From an uncultured Chloroflexia bacterium (GTDB lineage Bacteria > Chloroflexota > Limnocylindria > Limnocylindrales > CSP1-4): DNA of 64,000 nt. The notes below the pieces were generated by a model that saw only the letters and a program-made list of their open reading frames with translations, was not told the origin of the DNA and searched no databases. The position numbers and the translations under genes are program-made. The number at the start of each line of letters is the position of its first letter. Positions within the stretch are counted from its first letter, which is position 1. Positions 50,206 through 59,082 of the stretch are shown here, piece after piece. The stretch is from assembly GCA_963819655.1 (NCBI GenBank), contig CAWFXA010000002.1:1632001-1696000 (forward strand). Direction: 5' to 3'.

Positions 50206-52035
50206 ATGTGCGGCATCGTGGGCTATACGGGACCCCGGGAAGCGGGTCCCATCCTCATCGAGGGACTGGCCCGCCTCGAGTACCGCGGATACGACTCGGC
50301 GGGTATCGCACTCGTCGACGACGGTGGGGACCTGTTCGTCGAGAAGAAGGCCGGCAAGCTCGCCAACCTGCGCGCGGCGATCGCCGACCGGACCCCGCAT
50401 GCGGCCATCGGCCTGGCCCACACGCGCTGGGCGACACATGGCCGACCGAATGACCTGAACGCCCATCCGCACCAGGACTGCACGGGTGACATCACGGTCA
50501 TCCACAACGGGATCATCGAGAACTTCCGTGAGCTCCGCGACGGCCTCGAGGAACGCGGCCATCGCCTGACCTCCGAGACGGACACAGAGGCGCTGGCCCA
50601 CCTCGTCGAGGAGGCCTATCAGGGCGACCTCGCCGAGGCCGTCCGCGCCACGCTCCGCCAGGTCGAGGGCGCGTACGCCATAGCGGTCATGCATCGCGGG
50701 GAGGGGGATCGCCTCGTCGGCGCCCGGAAGGACGTGCCGCTCGTCGTCGGTCTTGCCGACGGCGAGTCGTTTCTTGCCAGCGACGTCGCCGCCATCCTCG
50801 CCCACACCGACCAGGTCCAGTTCCTCGAGGACGGCGATGTCGCCGACCTGCGCCCGAGCGGGGTCACCATCACCGACATCGATGGCACCCCCCAGGAGCG
50901 CTCGATCACGACCATCGACTGGACGACGGAGGCGGCCGAGAAGGGCGGCTACGAGCATTTCATGCTCAAGGAGATCCACGAGCAGCCCGAGTCGCTCCGC
51001 CAGGCCATCGCGGGTCGTGTCACGCGCGAGGACCACATCTGGCTCGAGGAGCTCGAAGGCTTCGGGGACACGCTCGCCCAGATCGATCGGGTCGAGCTGA
51101 TCGCCTGCGGAACGGCGTATTACGCCGCGCTCGTGGGCGCGGCCGCGATCCAGGACTGGATCGGCATCCCGGCCCGGGCCACGGTCGGATCGGAGTTCCG
51201 CTACAGCCCGCCGCCGATCGACGGCAAGACACTCGTGATCGCGGTGACGCAGTCGGGTGAGACCGCCGACACCATCGCCCCGACCCGCCTCGCCCGCGAA
51301 CGCGGGGCGCCGATCATCGCCGTCACGAACACGGTCGGCAGCGCGATCACACGCGAAGCCCATCGCGTCCTGTTCCTCCAGGCAGGTCCGGAGATCGCGG
51401 TCGCCGCCTCGAAGACGTTCGTGGCACAGGTCACGACGCTCGTCATCCTGGCCGCGGCCATCGCAAAGTCACGGGGCGCACTCGGCCTCGAGCAGGAGCA
51501 AGAACTCGGCGCGGCGCTCCACGCGCTGCCTGCGGCTGCCGCGAAGGCGCTCGAGAACGCATCGGGCGTGGCGGATCTCGCCCGCCGGTACGTCAATTCG
51601 CGCGGCTTCATGTTCGTCGGCCGCGGCTACACCTATCCGACCGCGCTCGAGGGTGCCCTCAAGCTCAAGGAGGTCAGCTACGTCCACGCCGAGGGCTACG
51701 CTGCCGGTGAGATGAAGCACGGGCCGATCTCGTTGCTCGACGCGGAATGTCCGCTCGTGGCCGTCGCGACCCGGTCGTCCGTCTACGACAAGCTCATGTC
51801 GAACGTGATGGAAGGTCGGGCGCGAGACGCGCGGGTCATCGCCGTGGCCACCGAGGGCGACTCCCAGATCGAGCGCTTCGCCGACGACATCTGCTGGGTG
51901 CCCGACACCCACGAGGCGCTCAGCCCGGTCCTCGCGATCATCCCGCTCCAGCTGTTCGCATACCACGTCGCGATCGCCCGCGGCACCGACGTCGACCAAC
52001 CGCGCAACCTGGCGAAGTCGGTCACGGTCGAATAG
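50206..52035 (+). CDS. glmS: glutamine--fructose-6-phosphate transaminase
   Basis: MCGIVG start, LEYRGYDSAG, HTRWATHG and PRNLAKSVTVE end. Confidence 0.98.
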   Translation: MCGIVGYTGPREAGPILIEGLARLEYRGYDSAGIALVDDGGDLFVEKKAGKLANLRAAIADRTPHAAIGLAHTRWATHGRPNDLNAHPHQDCTGDITVIHNGIIENFRELRDGLEERGHRLTSETDTEALAHLVEEAYQGDLAEAVRATLRQVEGAYAIAVMHRGEGDRLVGARKDVPLVVGLADGESFLASDVAAILAHTDQVQFLEDGDVADLRPSGVTITDIDGTPQERSITTIDWTTEAAEKGGYEHFMLKEIHEQPESLRQAIAGRVTREDHIWLEELEGFGDTLAQIDRVELIACGTAYYAALVGAAAIQDWIGIPARATVGSEFRYSPPPIDGKTLVIAVTQSGETADTIAPTRLARERGAPIIAVTNTVGSAITREAHRVLFLQAGPEIAVAASKTFVAQVTTLVILAAAIAKSRGALGLEQEQELGAALHALPAAAAKALENASGVADLARRYVNSRGFMFVGRGYTYPTALEGALKLKEVSYVHAEGYAAGEMKHGPISLLDAECPLVAVATRSSVYDKLMSNVMEGRARDARVIAVATEGDSQIERFADDICWVPDTHEALSPVLAIIPLQLFAYHVAIARGTDVDQPRNLAKSVTVE

Positions 52036-52686
52036 ATGGCGGAGCCGGGCGACCGGAACGAGACCCTCCGAGGGCCGAGGCGACGCCCCCGCGAGCCATC
52101 GGCCCGAGGATTCGACATCGCCACGCGGCTCCCCGACGGCCTCGAGGCCGCACAGGCGACCACGGAGCTCGGCATCGACATCATCCGCGTCGAGCGCATC
52201 CGGGCGTCGCTCGAACGCTTCGGCGATCGCTTCACGAACCGGGTCCTGACGCCGGCCGAGCAGCGCTACGTCCGCGGCCGGCCGGAGACGATGGCCGGCC
52301 GCTGGGCGGCCAAGGAGGCGGTCTCGAAGGTGCTCGGGCTCGGCGTCCGCGGCATCGGCTGGCGTGACATCGAGATCGAGCGGCTGCCGACCGGCCAGCC
52401 CAGCGTGCGCCTCCACGGCCGTGCCGCGGCGCGCGCCGAGCAGCTCGGCATGGGTCGTATCGCGGTCTCCATCACGCACGAGTCCGACTACGCGGTGGCG
52501 ATGGCATTCGGCGTCCGCACGGCGGGCGGCAGGTACCTTTTCCCGCCGGACATCGAGGATCGGCTCGACGATCGCGAACGCCGCATCCTCGCCCGCATCG
52601 AGCGGCTGCGCGTCCAGGCTGAGGCGAACGGGGCCGCCGCCCTCGCAACCGACGCGCCGAATGCCGGGGAGCCACCCCGTGCCTGA
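52036..52686 (+). CDS. acpS: holo-[acyl-carrier-protein] synthase with N- and C-terminal extensions
   Basis: GIDII, AGRWAAKEAVSKVLG and VSITH motifs. The only canonical start upstream of the domain is ATG 52036. Confidence 0.92.
   Translation: MAEPGDRNETLRGPRRRPREPSARGFDIATRLPDGLEAAQATTELGIDIIRVERIRASLERFGDRFTNRVLTPAEQRYVRGRPETMAGRWAAKEAVSKVLGLGVRGIGWRDIEIERLPTGQPSVRLHGRAAARAEQLGMGRIAVSITHESDYAVAMAFGVRTAGGRYLFPPDIEDRLDDRERRILARIERLRVQAEANGAAALATDAPNAGEPPRA
52066..52113 (+). repeat. family A structured repeat, copy 8 (48 bp), inside the acpS N-terminal coding region
   Basis: CTCCGA-GGGCCGA-GGC-GA-CGC-CCCC-GCG-A-GCC-A-TCGGCCC-GAGGATTC. Confidence 0.9.
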
Positions 52687-53770
52687 GCGGCGGGCGCTCG
52701 GCTTCGGCCGCCGAGCGGATGAAGGGATCGAGGGTTCGGCGGGTGGGTCCGACGAACGCCCCTGGCCGGAAGGCGTGCCGAAGCTCGACGAGGACGCGGC
52801 CATGGCGCTCCTGCCGCCGCGGCCCGCGCGCGGGCATAAGGGTTCGTTCGGAAAGCTCCTGGTCATCGCCGGGTCGCTCGACTACGCCGGCGCCGCCCTG
52901 CTGGTGTGTCGCGCCGCGGGTCGGACCGGGGTGGGGCTCGTGACGCTGGCCGTGCCTGAGACGCTCCAGCCGCTCTTCGCGGCGAAGGTCATCGAGGCGA
53001 CGACGATGGCGTTGCCCGAGGACGATGTCGAGGAGCTCGACCCGGAGCCGGCACTCGCGCGCATCTTCGATCACGAGCACGACGCGTTGGTGGTGGGACC
53101 CGGACTCCGGCCCGGTCTCGCCACGGCCGAGCTCGTCCGCCAGCTCATCGACGCCGGCGGCGAGGAGCGGCCGCCGCTCGTCCTCGACGCGGAGGCCCTT
53201 CGGTCGCTGGCCTCCATGGACGCCTGGTGGGAGGGCGACCGGCGGGCCGCCGTCCTCACGCCGCACACCGGCGAGTTCAAGCGGCTGCGCGCGGGTAGCG
53301 GCGTCGAGACGGACGCCGACGGCGACCTGAACGACGACGACGTCGCGCGGGTCGCGGCGGCCAAGGATGCGGCCACGAGCTGGCACCAGGTCGTCGTGCT
53401 CAAGGGCGCCCGCACCGTCATCGCAGCACCGGATGGCGAGGTCGTCGTCGCACCGTTCGAGAACCCGGCCCTTGCCACCGGAGGCACCGGCGACGTCTTG
53501 GCCGGGACGATCGGGTCGCTCCTGGCCCAGGGCCTGACCCCGTTCGCGGCGGCGCGGCTCGGCGTGTACCTCCACGGGATCGCCGGCGAGGGCGCCCGCG
53601 AGCGGTTCGGTGACGCCGGCCTGCTCGCCTCGGACCTGCCCGATGGCCTGGCGATCGCCCGTCGCCGCCTGGCGGCTCTCGCGGAGCGACGCACGAGCAA
53701 CAAGCGACTCGGGTTCCGGGTCGGGGAGCCTGCGCGACCCGCCGAGGAACCCGACGCGACTCCCGCGTGA
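52679..53770 (+). CDS. nnrD: ADP-dependent NAD(P)H-hydrate dehydratase (NnrD domain only)
   Basis: HKGSFGKLLVIAGS, LVLDAEAL, VLTPHTGEF and ATGGTGDVLAG motifs. No YjeF_N epimerase domain. Start approximate. Confidence 0.9.
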   Translation: MPERRALGFGRRADEGIEGSAGGSDERPWPEGVPKLDEDAAMALLPPRPARGHKGSFGKLLVIAGSLDYAGAALLVCRAAGRTGVGLVTLAVPETLQPLFAAKVIEATTMALPEDDVEELDPEPALARIFDHEHDALVVGPGLRPGLATAELVRQLIDAGGEERPPLVLDAEALRSLASMDAWWEGDRRAAVLTPHTGEFKRLRAGSGVETDADGDLNDDDVARVAAAKDAATSWHQVVVLKGARTVIAAPDGEVVVAPFENPALATGGTGDVLAGTIGSLLAQGLTPFAAARLGVYLHGIAGEGARERFGDAGLLASDLPDGLAIARRRLAALAERRTSNKRLGFRVGEPARPAEEPDATPA

Positions 53771-53798
53771 CCGCGACCACCGGCCAACGTCCAGCCTC

Positions 53799-55058
53799 GT
53801 GACGGCTGCCACTGAGCCTGCGATCGAGACCCGTCTCGCGCGCGCGGGCCTGCCGCCGCTGCCCCGGCTGGCGTGGCTCGAGCTCGACCTCGATGCGCTC
53901 GTCGGCAACGTCGCGGCGCTGCGACGCCTCGCCGGCGGGGCATCGGTCCACCCGGTGGTCAAGGCCGACGCCTACGGTCATGGCGCGGTCCCGATCGCAA
54001 ACGCGCTCGCCGCTGCCGGGGTCGACGGCCTGTGCGTCGCAACCATGGACGAGGCGGTCGAACTGCGCGCCGCCGGGATCGACCTCCCGATCCGTGTCCT
54101 CTACGCGATCCCGCCCGCGCTGGTCCCCGAGGCGACCCGCCACGGGATCACGGTCGCGGCCGGCGATCGCGGAAGCCTCGAGGAGGTCCTGACCGCAGCG
54201 GCGGAAGTGCTCGACGACTCGACCGGCCCGACCGCGGCTGACCGCCTCCTCATCGAGATCGAAGTCGAGACCGGGCTCGGGCGCGGCGGCGCCAGGCCGG
54301 CCGACGTCGTCGGGATGGCCGAACGGATCGCGGCTTCGGACGTCGCGTCGCTCGTCGGCGTCTGGACACACCTCCAGGCGAGCGACGATGCGGTGATCAC
54401 GGCCCGCCAGCTGAAGCGGTTCGATGCCGTCTCGGACGCGCTCGGCGCGGCCGGCCACACGACGCCGCCACGGCACGTCGCCGCGAGCGGCGGGCTGCTG
54501 ACCGGCGTGGCCGGCTACACAGGCGTCCGGCCCGGCCTGTCGACCTACGGGATCGTGCCCGACGAGTTGGAGGGTCGCGACCTGCGCGATCGGGGCGGAG
54601 ACGGGTTCCGACCGGTGATGTCGCTGCACGCGCGGCCGGTGCGCGTCGCCGACCTCCCGGCGGGCCATGGTGTGAGCTACGGCCCCACGTTCACGACGAG
54701 CCGTCCCAGTCGCATCGCCACGTTGCCCCTCGGGTATGGCGACGGGTACGCCCGAGCCAACGCGAATCGTGCCGAGGCCCTCGTCCGCGGGCTGCGCGTC
54801 CCGGTCGTCGGCAACGTCACGATGGATGCCCTGATGGTCGACGTGACGGACGTTCCCGGACCGCCGGTCGGGCCGCTCGACGAGTTCGTCCTTCTCGGCC
54901 CCCAGGGCTCCGAACGGATCACGGCGGAGGACCTGGCGCGGCTGCGCACCACCAACACCTGGGAGGTCGTGACGGCGATGTCCGGCCGTCTTGCCCGGGT
55001 GTACCATGCCGCAGCCGAAGTGAAGAGCCTGCGGACGTTGAGCGGGTGGAGAGGGTAG
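53799..55058 (+). CDS. alr: alanine racemase
   Basis: PLP lysine motif VVKADAYGHG, VSYG and GYGDGY. Start approximate. Confidence 0.93.
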   Translation: MTAATEPAIETRLARAGLPPLPRLAWLELDLDALVGNVAALRRLAGGASVHPVVKADAYGHGAVPIANALAAAGVDGLCVATMDEAVELRAAGIDLPIRVLYAIPPALVPEATRHGITVAAGDRGSLEEVLTAAAEVLDDSTGPTAADRLLIEIEVETGLGRGGARPADVVGMAERIAASDVASLVGVWTHLQASDDAVITARQLKRFDAVSDALGAAGHTTPPRHVAASGGLLTGVAGYTGVRPGLSTYGIVPDELEGRDLRDRGGDGFRPVMSLHARPVRVADLPAGHGVSYGPTFTTSRPSRIATLPLGYGDGYARANANRAEALVRGLRVPVVGNVTMDALMVDVTDVPGPPVGPLDEFVLLGPQGSERITAEDLARLRTTNTWEVVTAMSGRLARVYHAAAEVKSLRTLSGWRG

Positions 55059-55592
55059 TTGGCACGCATCGAGCTGTGGAACGGCGATATCTGCGACCTC
55101 GAGGTCGACGCGATCGTCAACCCTGCGAACCTGTCCCTGTGGATGTCGACCGGCGTGTCCGGCGCGATCAAGCGAGCAGGCGGTGACGCGATCGAGTTCG
55201 CCGCGGTCCGCCAGGCACCGGTCCCCCTCGGCGAGTCCGTCGTGACCGACAGTGGCAACCTCGCGGCACGCGCCGTCATCCACGCCGTGTCGCTCGATCG
55301 CGATCGACGGACGAGCGGGCCGGTGATCGAGGCGGCCGTGCGCAGCGCGATGGCGCGCGCCCGAGAGATCGGCGCGACCAGCGTGGCGTTCCCAGCGCTC
55401 GGCACCGGGGTCGGTGGCTTCCCGCTCGAGGATGCGGCGCGGATCACGGTCGAGACCGTCCGTGAGGAGCTGGAGCAGTCGCCGGCGATCGAGCACGTGA
55501 CCTTCGCGCTCCGCGGCGCCGTGGCCTACAAGGCGTTCCAGACCGCCATCGCCGGGCTTGCGCCCGTCGGCCAGGCCGGCGCGGTCACGTGA
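55059..55592 (+). CDS. macrodomain (ADP-ribose binding/hydrolase fold) protein
   Basis: GDI, DAIVNPAN, GVSGAI..AGG, VIHAV and AFPALGTGVGG motifs. TTG start after GGAGAGG. Confidence 0.88.
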   Translation: MARIELWNGDICDLEVDAIVNPANLSLWMSTGVSGAIKRAGGDAIEFAAVRQAPVPLGESVVTDSGNLAARAVIHAVSLDRDRRTSGPVIEAAVRSAMARAREIGATSVAFPALGTGVGGFPLEDAARITVETVREELEQSPAIEHVTFALRGAVAYKAFQTAIAGLAPVGQAGAVT

Positions 55593-55879
55593 GCTTCCCG
55601 CACGAGCCGAGCGAGGAACAGCGCAACGACCTGGTCGAACAGGTCGCGCGGGAGATCCAGCTCCGCGGGCTCACATCGTCCGCCGTCCATTTCCTCGAGG
55701 CCAGCCGGCCGTACCGCGCGCTCGGGGCCAACGCGATGCTGTTCTTCGACCCGGTCCTGCGTGGCGTGTTCGGGGGCGACCTCGCCTCGGCGACCGAGAT
55801 CCTCGCCGACGACACGGGCATCGAGTTGCTCATCGCGAGGCTCGAGGAGCTCGACGACGAGCTCGTCTGGGACGGTTGA
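55589..55879 (+). CDS. small hypothetical helical protein (96 aa)
   Basis: GTGA overlap with the macrodomain gene, coding-like codon usage, FLEASRP core. Confidence 0.75.
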   Translation: MSFPHEPSEEQRNDLVEQVAREIQLRGLTSSAVHFLEASRPYRALGANAMLFFDPVLRGVFGGDLASATEILADDTGIELLIARLEELDDELVWDG

Positions 55880-55928
55880 TCGCGCACGACGGCTGATCGA
55901 CGAGTCGGCCGGTCCGGCCGACTCCGGG

Positions 55929-55934
55929 TAGCAT
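55929..55934 (+). promoter_or_regulatory. -10 hexamer consistent with a leaderless transcript
   Basis: TAGCAT 6 nt before GTG 55941, no Shine-Dalgarno. Confidence 0.4.
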
Positions 55935-55940
55935 CTGACG

Positions 55941-57563
55941 GTGACGCCGCAGCCGCACGCATTCCTCACGATCGACCATGGTTCCGCCACGGTGTCGGTC
56001 GCCCTCGTCGGCCGTGCCGGCGGGGCATGGCGGCTGATCGGCAGCCTGTCGATCCCGACCGGCGGCGACCTCGATCCCGCCGTCGATCTTCTCCTGGAAC
56101 GGACTCGCGCTGCCGACGCTGCGCTCGCCGACGCGATCGGCATCGCCGGGCTCCATCGCGACCAGTTGCCGAGGCTCGAAGTTCGCAGCCGGAGACCCCG
56201 TCGCATCGCCGTCGTCGCCGGCTCGGAGCGGACGCTCGCGGGGCTGGTCGCGACGGCGGGTCGGAGCGGCTGGCGGACGACCGGCGCGAGTGCCGAGACC
56301 ACGGACCCGCTCGCGATGTCGCGCCTCCTGCTCGACCGCGACATCGCCGCGATCGTGGTGGGCGCCGGTGACCCGCCGCGTGCAGACGAGCGCGGGGCGA
56401 TCCGCGAGCTCGCGACGCTCGTCGCGGCGGTCGCGATCCGGCGTCCGGAGATCCCGATCATCCTGTCCGGGTCGATGGCGGAGGGTCTCGACGTCTTCGG
56501 TGACGTCGCCGCCCGACCGGGCGAGGTCATGCTCGCGCCTGCCGCGGCCAAGGCAAGCGCCGGTAGCGATCCCGACGCCGAGGATCCGCTCGCCGACCTC
56601 CTGCTCGAGCTGGCCCTGCCGGCCGACGATCCACGACGGGCGCTCGGGGCGGGCACGCGCGCCCTCGCCGACGTGCTCGACCGTCGCGTCGAGGCCATCG
56701 TGCTGGGCCACGACGCCGGTGCCCGAGCGGTCGCGATCCCGGCCGCGGGCGGTCGACCCTCCTCGGTCCGGCTCGCGGTCGTGCCGTCCGCCGCGGTCGC
56801 GCCGGACGACCCCGACGATGCCGTCGTCGATGGCGTTCTCATGTGGATCACCGTGCCGGCCGATCGTCACCGGGTCCGCGACCGGATGCGCGAGCTCCGG
56901 ATCGCACCGTGGTCCGACGCGGCCGGCGAGGGCTCCGCGCTCCGGATGGCCGCCGCGCGGGCGGCACTGGTCAGGCTCGGCGCCGCGACGACCCGCTTCG
57001 ACGACGGCCCCGTGCCCGATCTCATCGTCGTCGCGAGCGGGGTCTGGACATCGGTCCCGGCGCCGGCGGTCTCGCTCGCCCACATCGATGTGCTGCGGCG
57101 TCCCGGGGCCAGCCTGTACGCGCTCGACCACGCCCGTCTCCTCGGTGCGCTCGGAGCGATCCCCGACGCAGGCGAGCGACGCGTTCTGTTCTCGGATCTC
57201 GTCGACGACCTGCTGGCCCCGCTGGGGAGCGTCGTGACGCCGGCCGGGCTGCGGGCGGGCAGATCGGCCGGGAGCGTCGTGGTCCACGCGTCGGACGGCA
57301 CGAACGAGCTGGAGCTCATGCCAGGCGGGCTCGAACTGGTTGACCTGCCGCCCGGAGCAACGGCGGTCGCCGAGTTCATGTTCCGCGACCGGGTCCGGCT
57401 CGGTGGCCGCGGTCGTCACTTCGCGGTCGACGTCGCGGGCGGGCTCGGTGGCCTCGTGGTGGATCTGCGCGACGTGCCACTGCGCCTGCCGGATCGGGCC
57501 GATCGACGGCGCGACCTGCTGGCCGCCTGGCAGGCGTCGTTGTGGGCCGGGTCCGAATCGTGA
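55941..57563 (+). CDS. divergent GlmL/MutL (glutamate mutase L)-like protein, probable actin-like ATPase fold
   Basis: N-terminal FLTIDHGSATVSVAL resembles the DxGST phosphate-1 motif. DLIVVASG and the GGLGGLVVDLR..PL.LP C-terminus recall GlmL-like proteins. Family assignment from memory, not a search. Confidence 0.6.
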   Translation: MTPQPHAFLTIDHGSATVSVALVGRAGGAWRLIGSLSIPTGGDLDPAVDLLLERTRAADAALADAIGIAGLHRDQLPRLEVRSRRPRRIAVVAGSERTLAGLVATAGRSGWRTTGASAETTDPLAMSRLLLDRDIAAIVVGAGDPPRADERGAIRELATLVAAVAIRRPEIPIILSGSMAEGLDVFGDVAARPGEVMLAPAAAKASAGSDPDAEDPLADLLLELALPADDPRRALGAGTRALADVLDRRVEAIVLGHDAGARAVAIPAAGGRPSSVRLAVVPSAAVAPDDPDDAVVDGVLMWITVPADRHRVRDRMRELRIAPWSDAAGEGSALRMAAARAALVRLGAATTRFDDGPVPDLIVVASGVWTSVPAPAVSLAHIDVLRRPGASLYALDHARLLGALGAIPDAGERRVLFSDLVDDLLAPLGSVVTPAGLRAGRSAGSVVVHASDGTNELELMPGGLELVDLPPGATAVAEFMFRDRVRLGGRGRHFAVDVAGGLGGLVVDLRDVPLRLPDRADRRRDLLAAWQASLWAGSES

Positions 57564-58603
57564 CCGACGTGCAGGACAACGACCACAACGGCCACGTGCC
57601 GGATGCTCCACCGCCCTCGCTGGATGAAGCCATCTCGACGGGCGAGCCGGCCGCCGACCTCGGTCTCGTCCGGCTGCGGCGCCTGGTCGAGGGTCCGGTC
57701 GACGTCACCTTCCCACTGGCGCCGGGGGACCGCGCGCTGGTCGCCGTCGGCGAGTCCGTCGTGCCGGGGGCCCCGATCATCGAACGCGTGCGCGACCCGC
57801 GCCTGCTCGATGTCGTCATCCCGGAGTCGTCGGCACCGGAGCCGGGCGGCCACATCGCCGACGGTGAATTGCTGTTCGACTGGCGCGGCCGCTGGCGCGT
57901 CGCCGGCGGCGACGTCAGCGAGCCGATCGACAGCCCGATCGCAGGGATCGTTCGGGAGGTGCACCCAGGGACAGCGATCGTCGTGAAGGCGTCGGGTCAG
58001 GCGCTGCGCGCCATCGTCGCGCTCGGTGGGCCGACCAGGGGCCAGCTCCACGTCGCCTCATGGGTCGAGGGCGAGCTGCGCAGCGCCTCCGTCAACGTCG
58101 GGCTGGCCGGAAAGATCCTCGTCGTCGGGTCGCGGATCGACGCCGAGACGCTCACACGTGCGCGGGCGATGGGTGTGCGCGGGATCATCGTGGCGGGGCT
58201 CGCGAGCAAGGAGCGGCGCGATTTCCTCGCGTCGGAGGATCGACAGAAGGCCGCGCTGCACCGCCTTCCGCCATTCGCGGTCCTCGTCCTCGAGGGTGCG
58301 GTCCGGCGACCGTTGGCAGGGCCGGTCATGGATGTGCTCGACGCGCTCGAGGGACAGGATGTCGCGATCGTCGCGGACCCGCCGATGCTGATGTTCGACC
58401 TGCCGGAAGTCGCGATGCCGGTCCCGCGACCCGACCACGTGCGGGTGCGCGCGGGGCAGCTGTCCGGTCGCGAGGGCACCTGGACCGGTCTCGTGGGGCC
58501 GCGGCGGTTCGCCGGTGGCGTCCACCTCGAGGCCGGGACCGTCCGCTTCGAAGACGGCTCGACGGTCGCGGTGCCGCTCGGCGATCTCGAACGGTTCGGA
58601 TGA
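57560..58603 (+). CDS. hypothetical protein with barrel-sandwich-hybrid-like motifs and KOW/SH3-like C-terminus
   Basis: GTGA overlap. LVAVGESVVPGAPII and SPIAGIV motifs, ARAMGVRGIIVAG, C-terminal VRVRAGQLSGREG..VPLGDLE. Confidence 0.7.
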   Translation: MTDVQDNDHNGHVPDAPPPSLDEAISTGEPAADLGLVRLRRLVEGPVDVTFPLAPGDRALVAVGESVVPGAPIIERVRDPRLLDVVIPESSAPEPGGHIADGELLFDWRGRWRVAGGDVSEPIDSPIAGIVREVHPGTAIVVKASGQALRAIVALGGPTRGQLHVASWVEGELRSASVNVGLAGKILVVGSRIDAETLTRARAMGVRGIIVAGLASKERRDFLASEDRQKAALHRLPPFAVLVLEGAVRRPLAGPVMDVLDALEGQDVAIVADPPMLMFDLPEVAMPVPRPDHVRVRAGQLSGREGTWTGLVGPRRFAGGVHLEAGTVRFEDGSTVAVPLGDLERFG

Positions 58604-59082
58604 CAGCGATGACCGTCCCGACCGCCGACCAGCGCGTCGTGATCTGCCCCGACCCGGCCGCGACGAGCGCTCTCGGCCGCGTGCTGGGCGCCGTCGCCGA
58701 GGCGGGCGATCTCGTGTGCCTGTGGGGGGACCTCGGTGCCGGGAAGACACACCTCGCCAAGGCATTCGGCGCGGCACTCGGCGTCACCGAGACCATCATC
58801 TCGCCGAGCTTCATCCTGATGGCCGAGTACGAGGGGCGACTGCCGCTCTTCCATATCGACCCGTACAGGCTGGCGAGCGCCGAGGACGCGCTCGCGGGCG
58901 GGCTCATCGACGAGCGCCAGGCGAGCGGTGTCACGCTCGTCGAGTGGCCGGAGCGGCTCGGCGACGCGCTGCCGCTCGATCGGCTCGACGTCCGGATCGA
59001 CGGGACGGGGGACGAGCCGCGCACGATCACACTCGTGGCGTGGTCGGATCGCTATCGACGCTACCTGGAGGCCGCCGGATGA
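58600..59082 (+). CDS. tsaE: t6A biosynthesis ATPase TsaE
   Basis: GDLGAGKT, SPSF, HIDPYRL and VEWPE motifs. Confidence 0.95.
   Translation: MTAMTVPTADQRVVICPDPAATSALGRVLGAVAEAGDLVCLWGDLGAGKTHLAKAFGAALGVTETIISPSFILMAEYEGRLPLFHIDPYRLASAEDALAGGLIDERQASGVTLVEWPERLGDALPLDRLDVRIDGTGDEPRTITLVAWSDRYRRYLEAAG

Noticed and set aside
52679-53770. Stand-alone NnrD without an NnrE domain as a truncation or pseudogene
   Set aside because: Single-domain NnrD proteins are common and all dehydratase motifs are intact.
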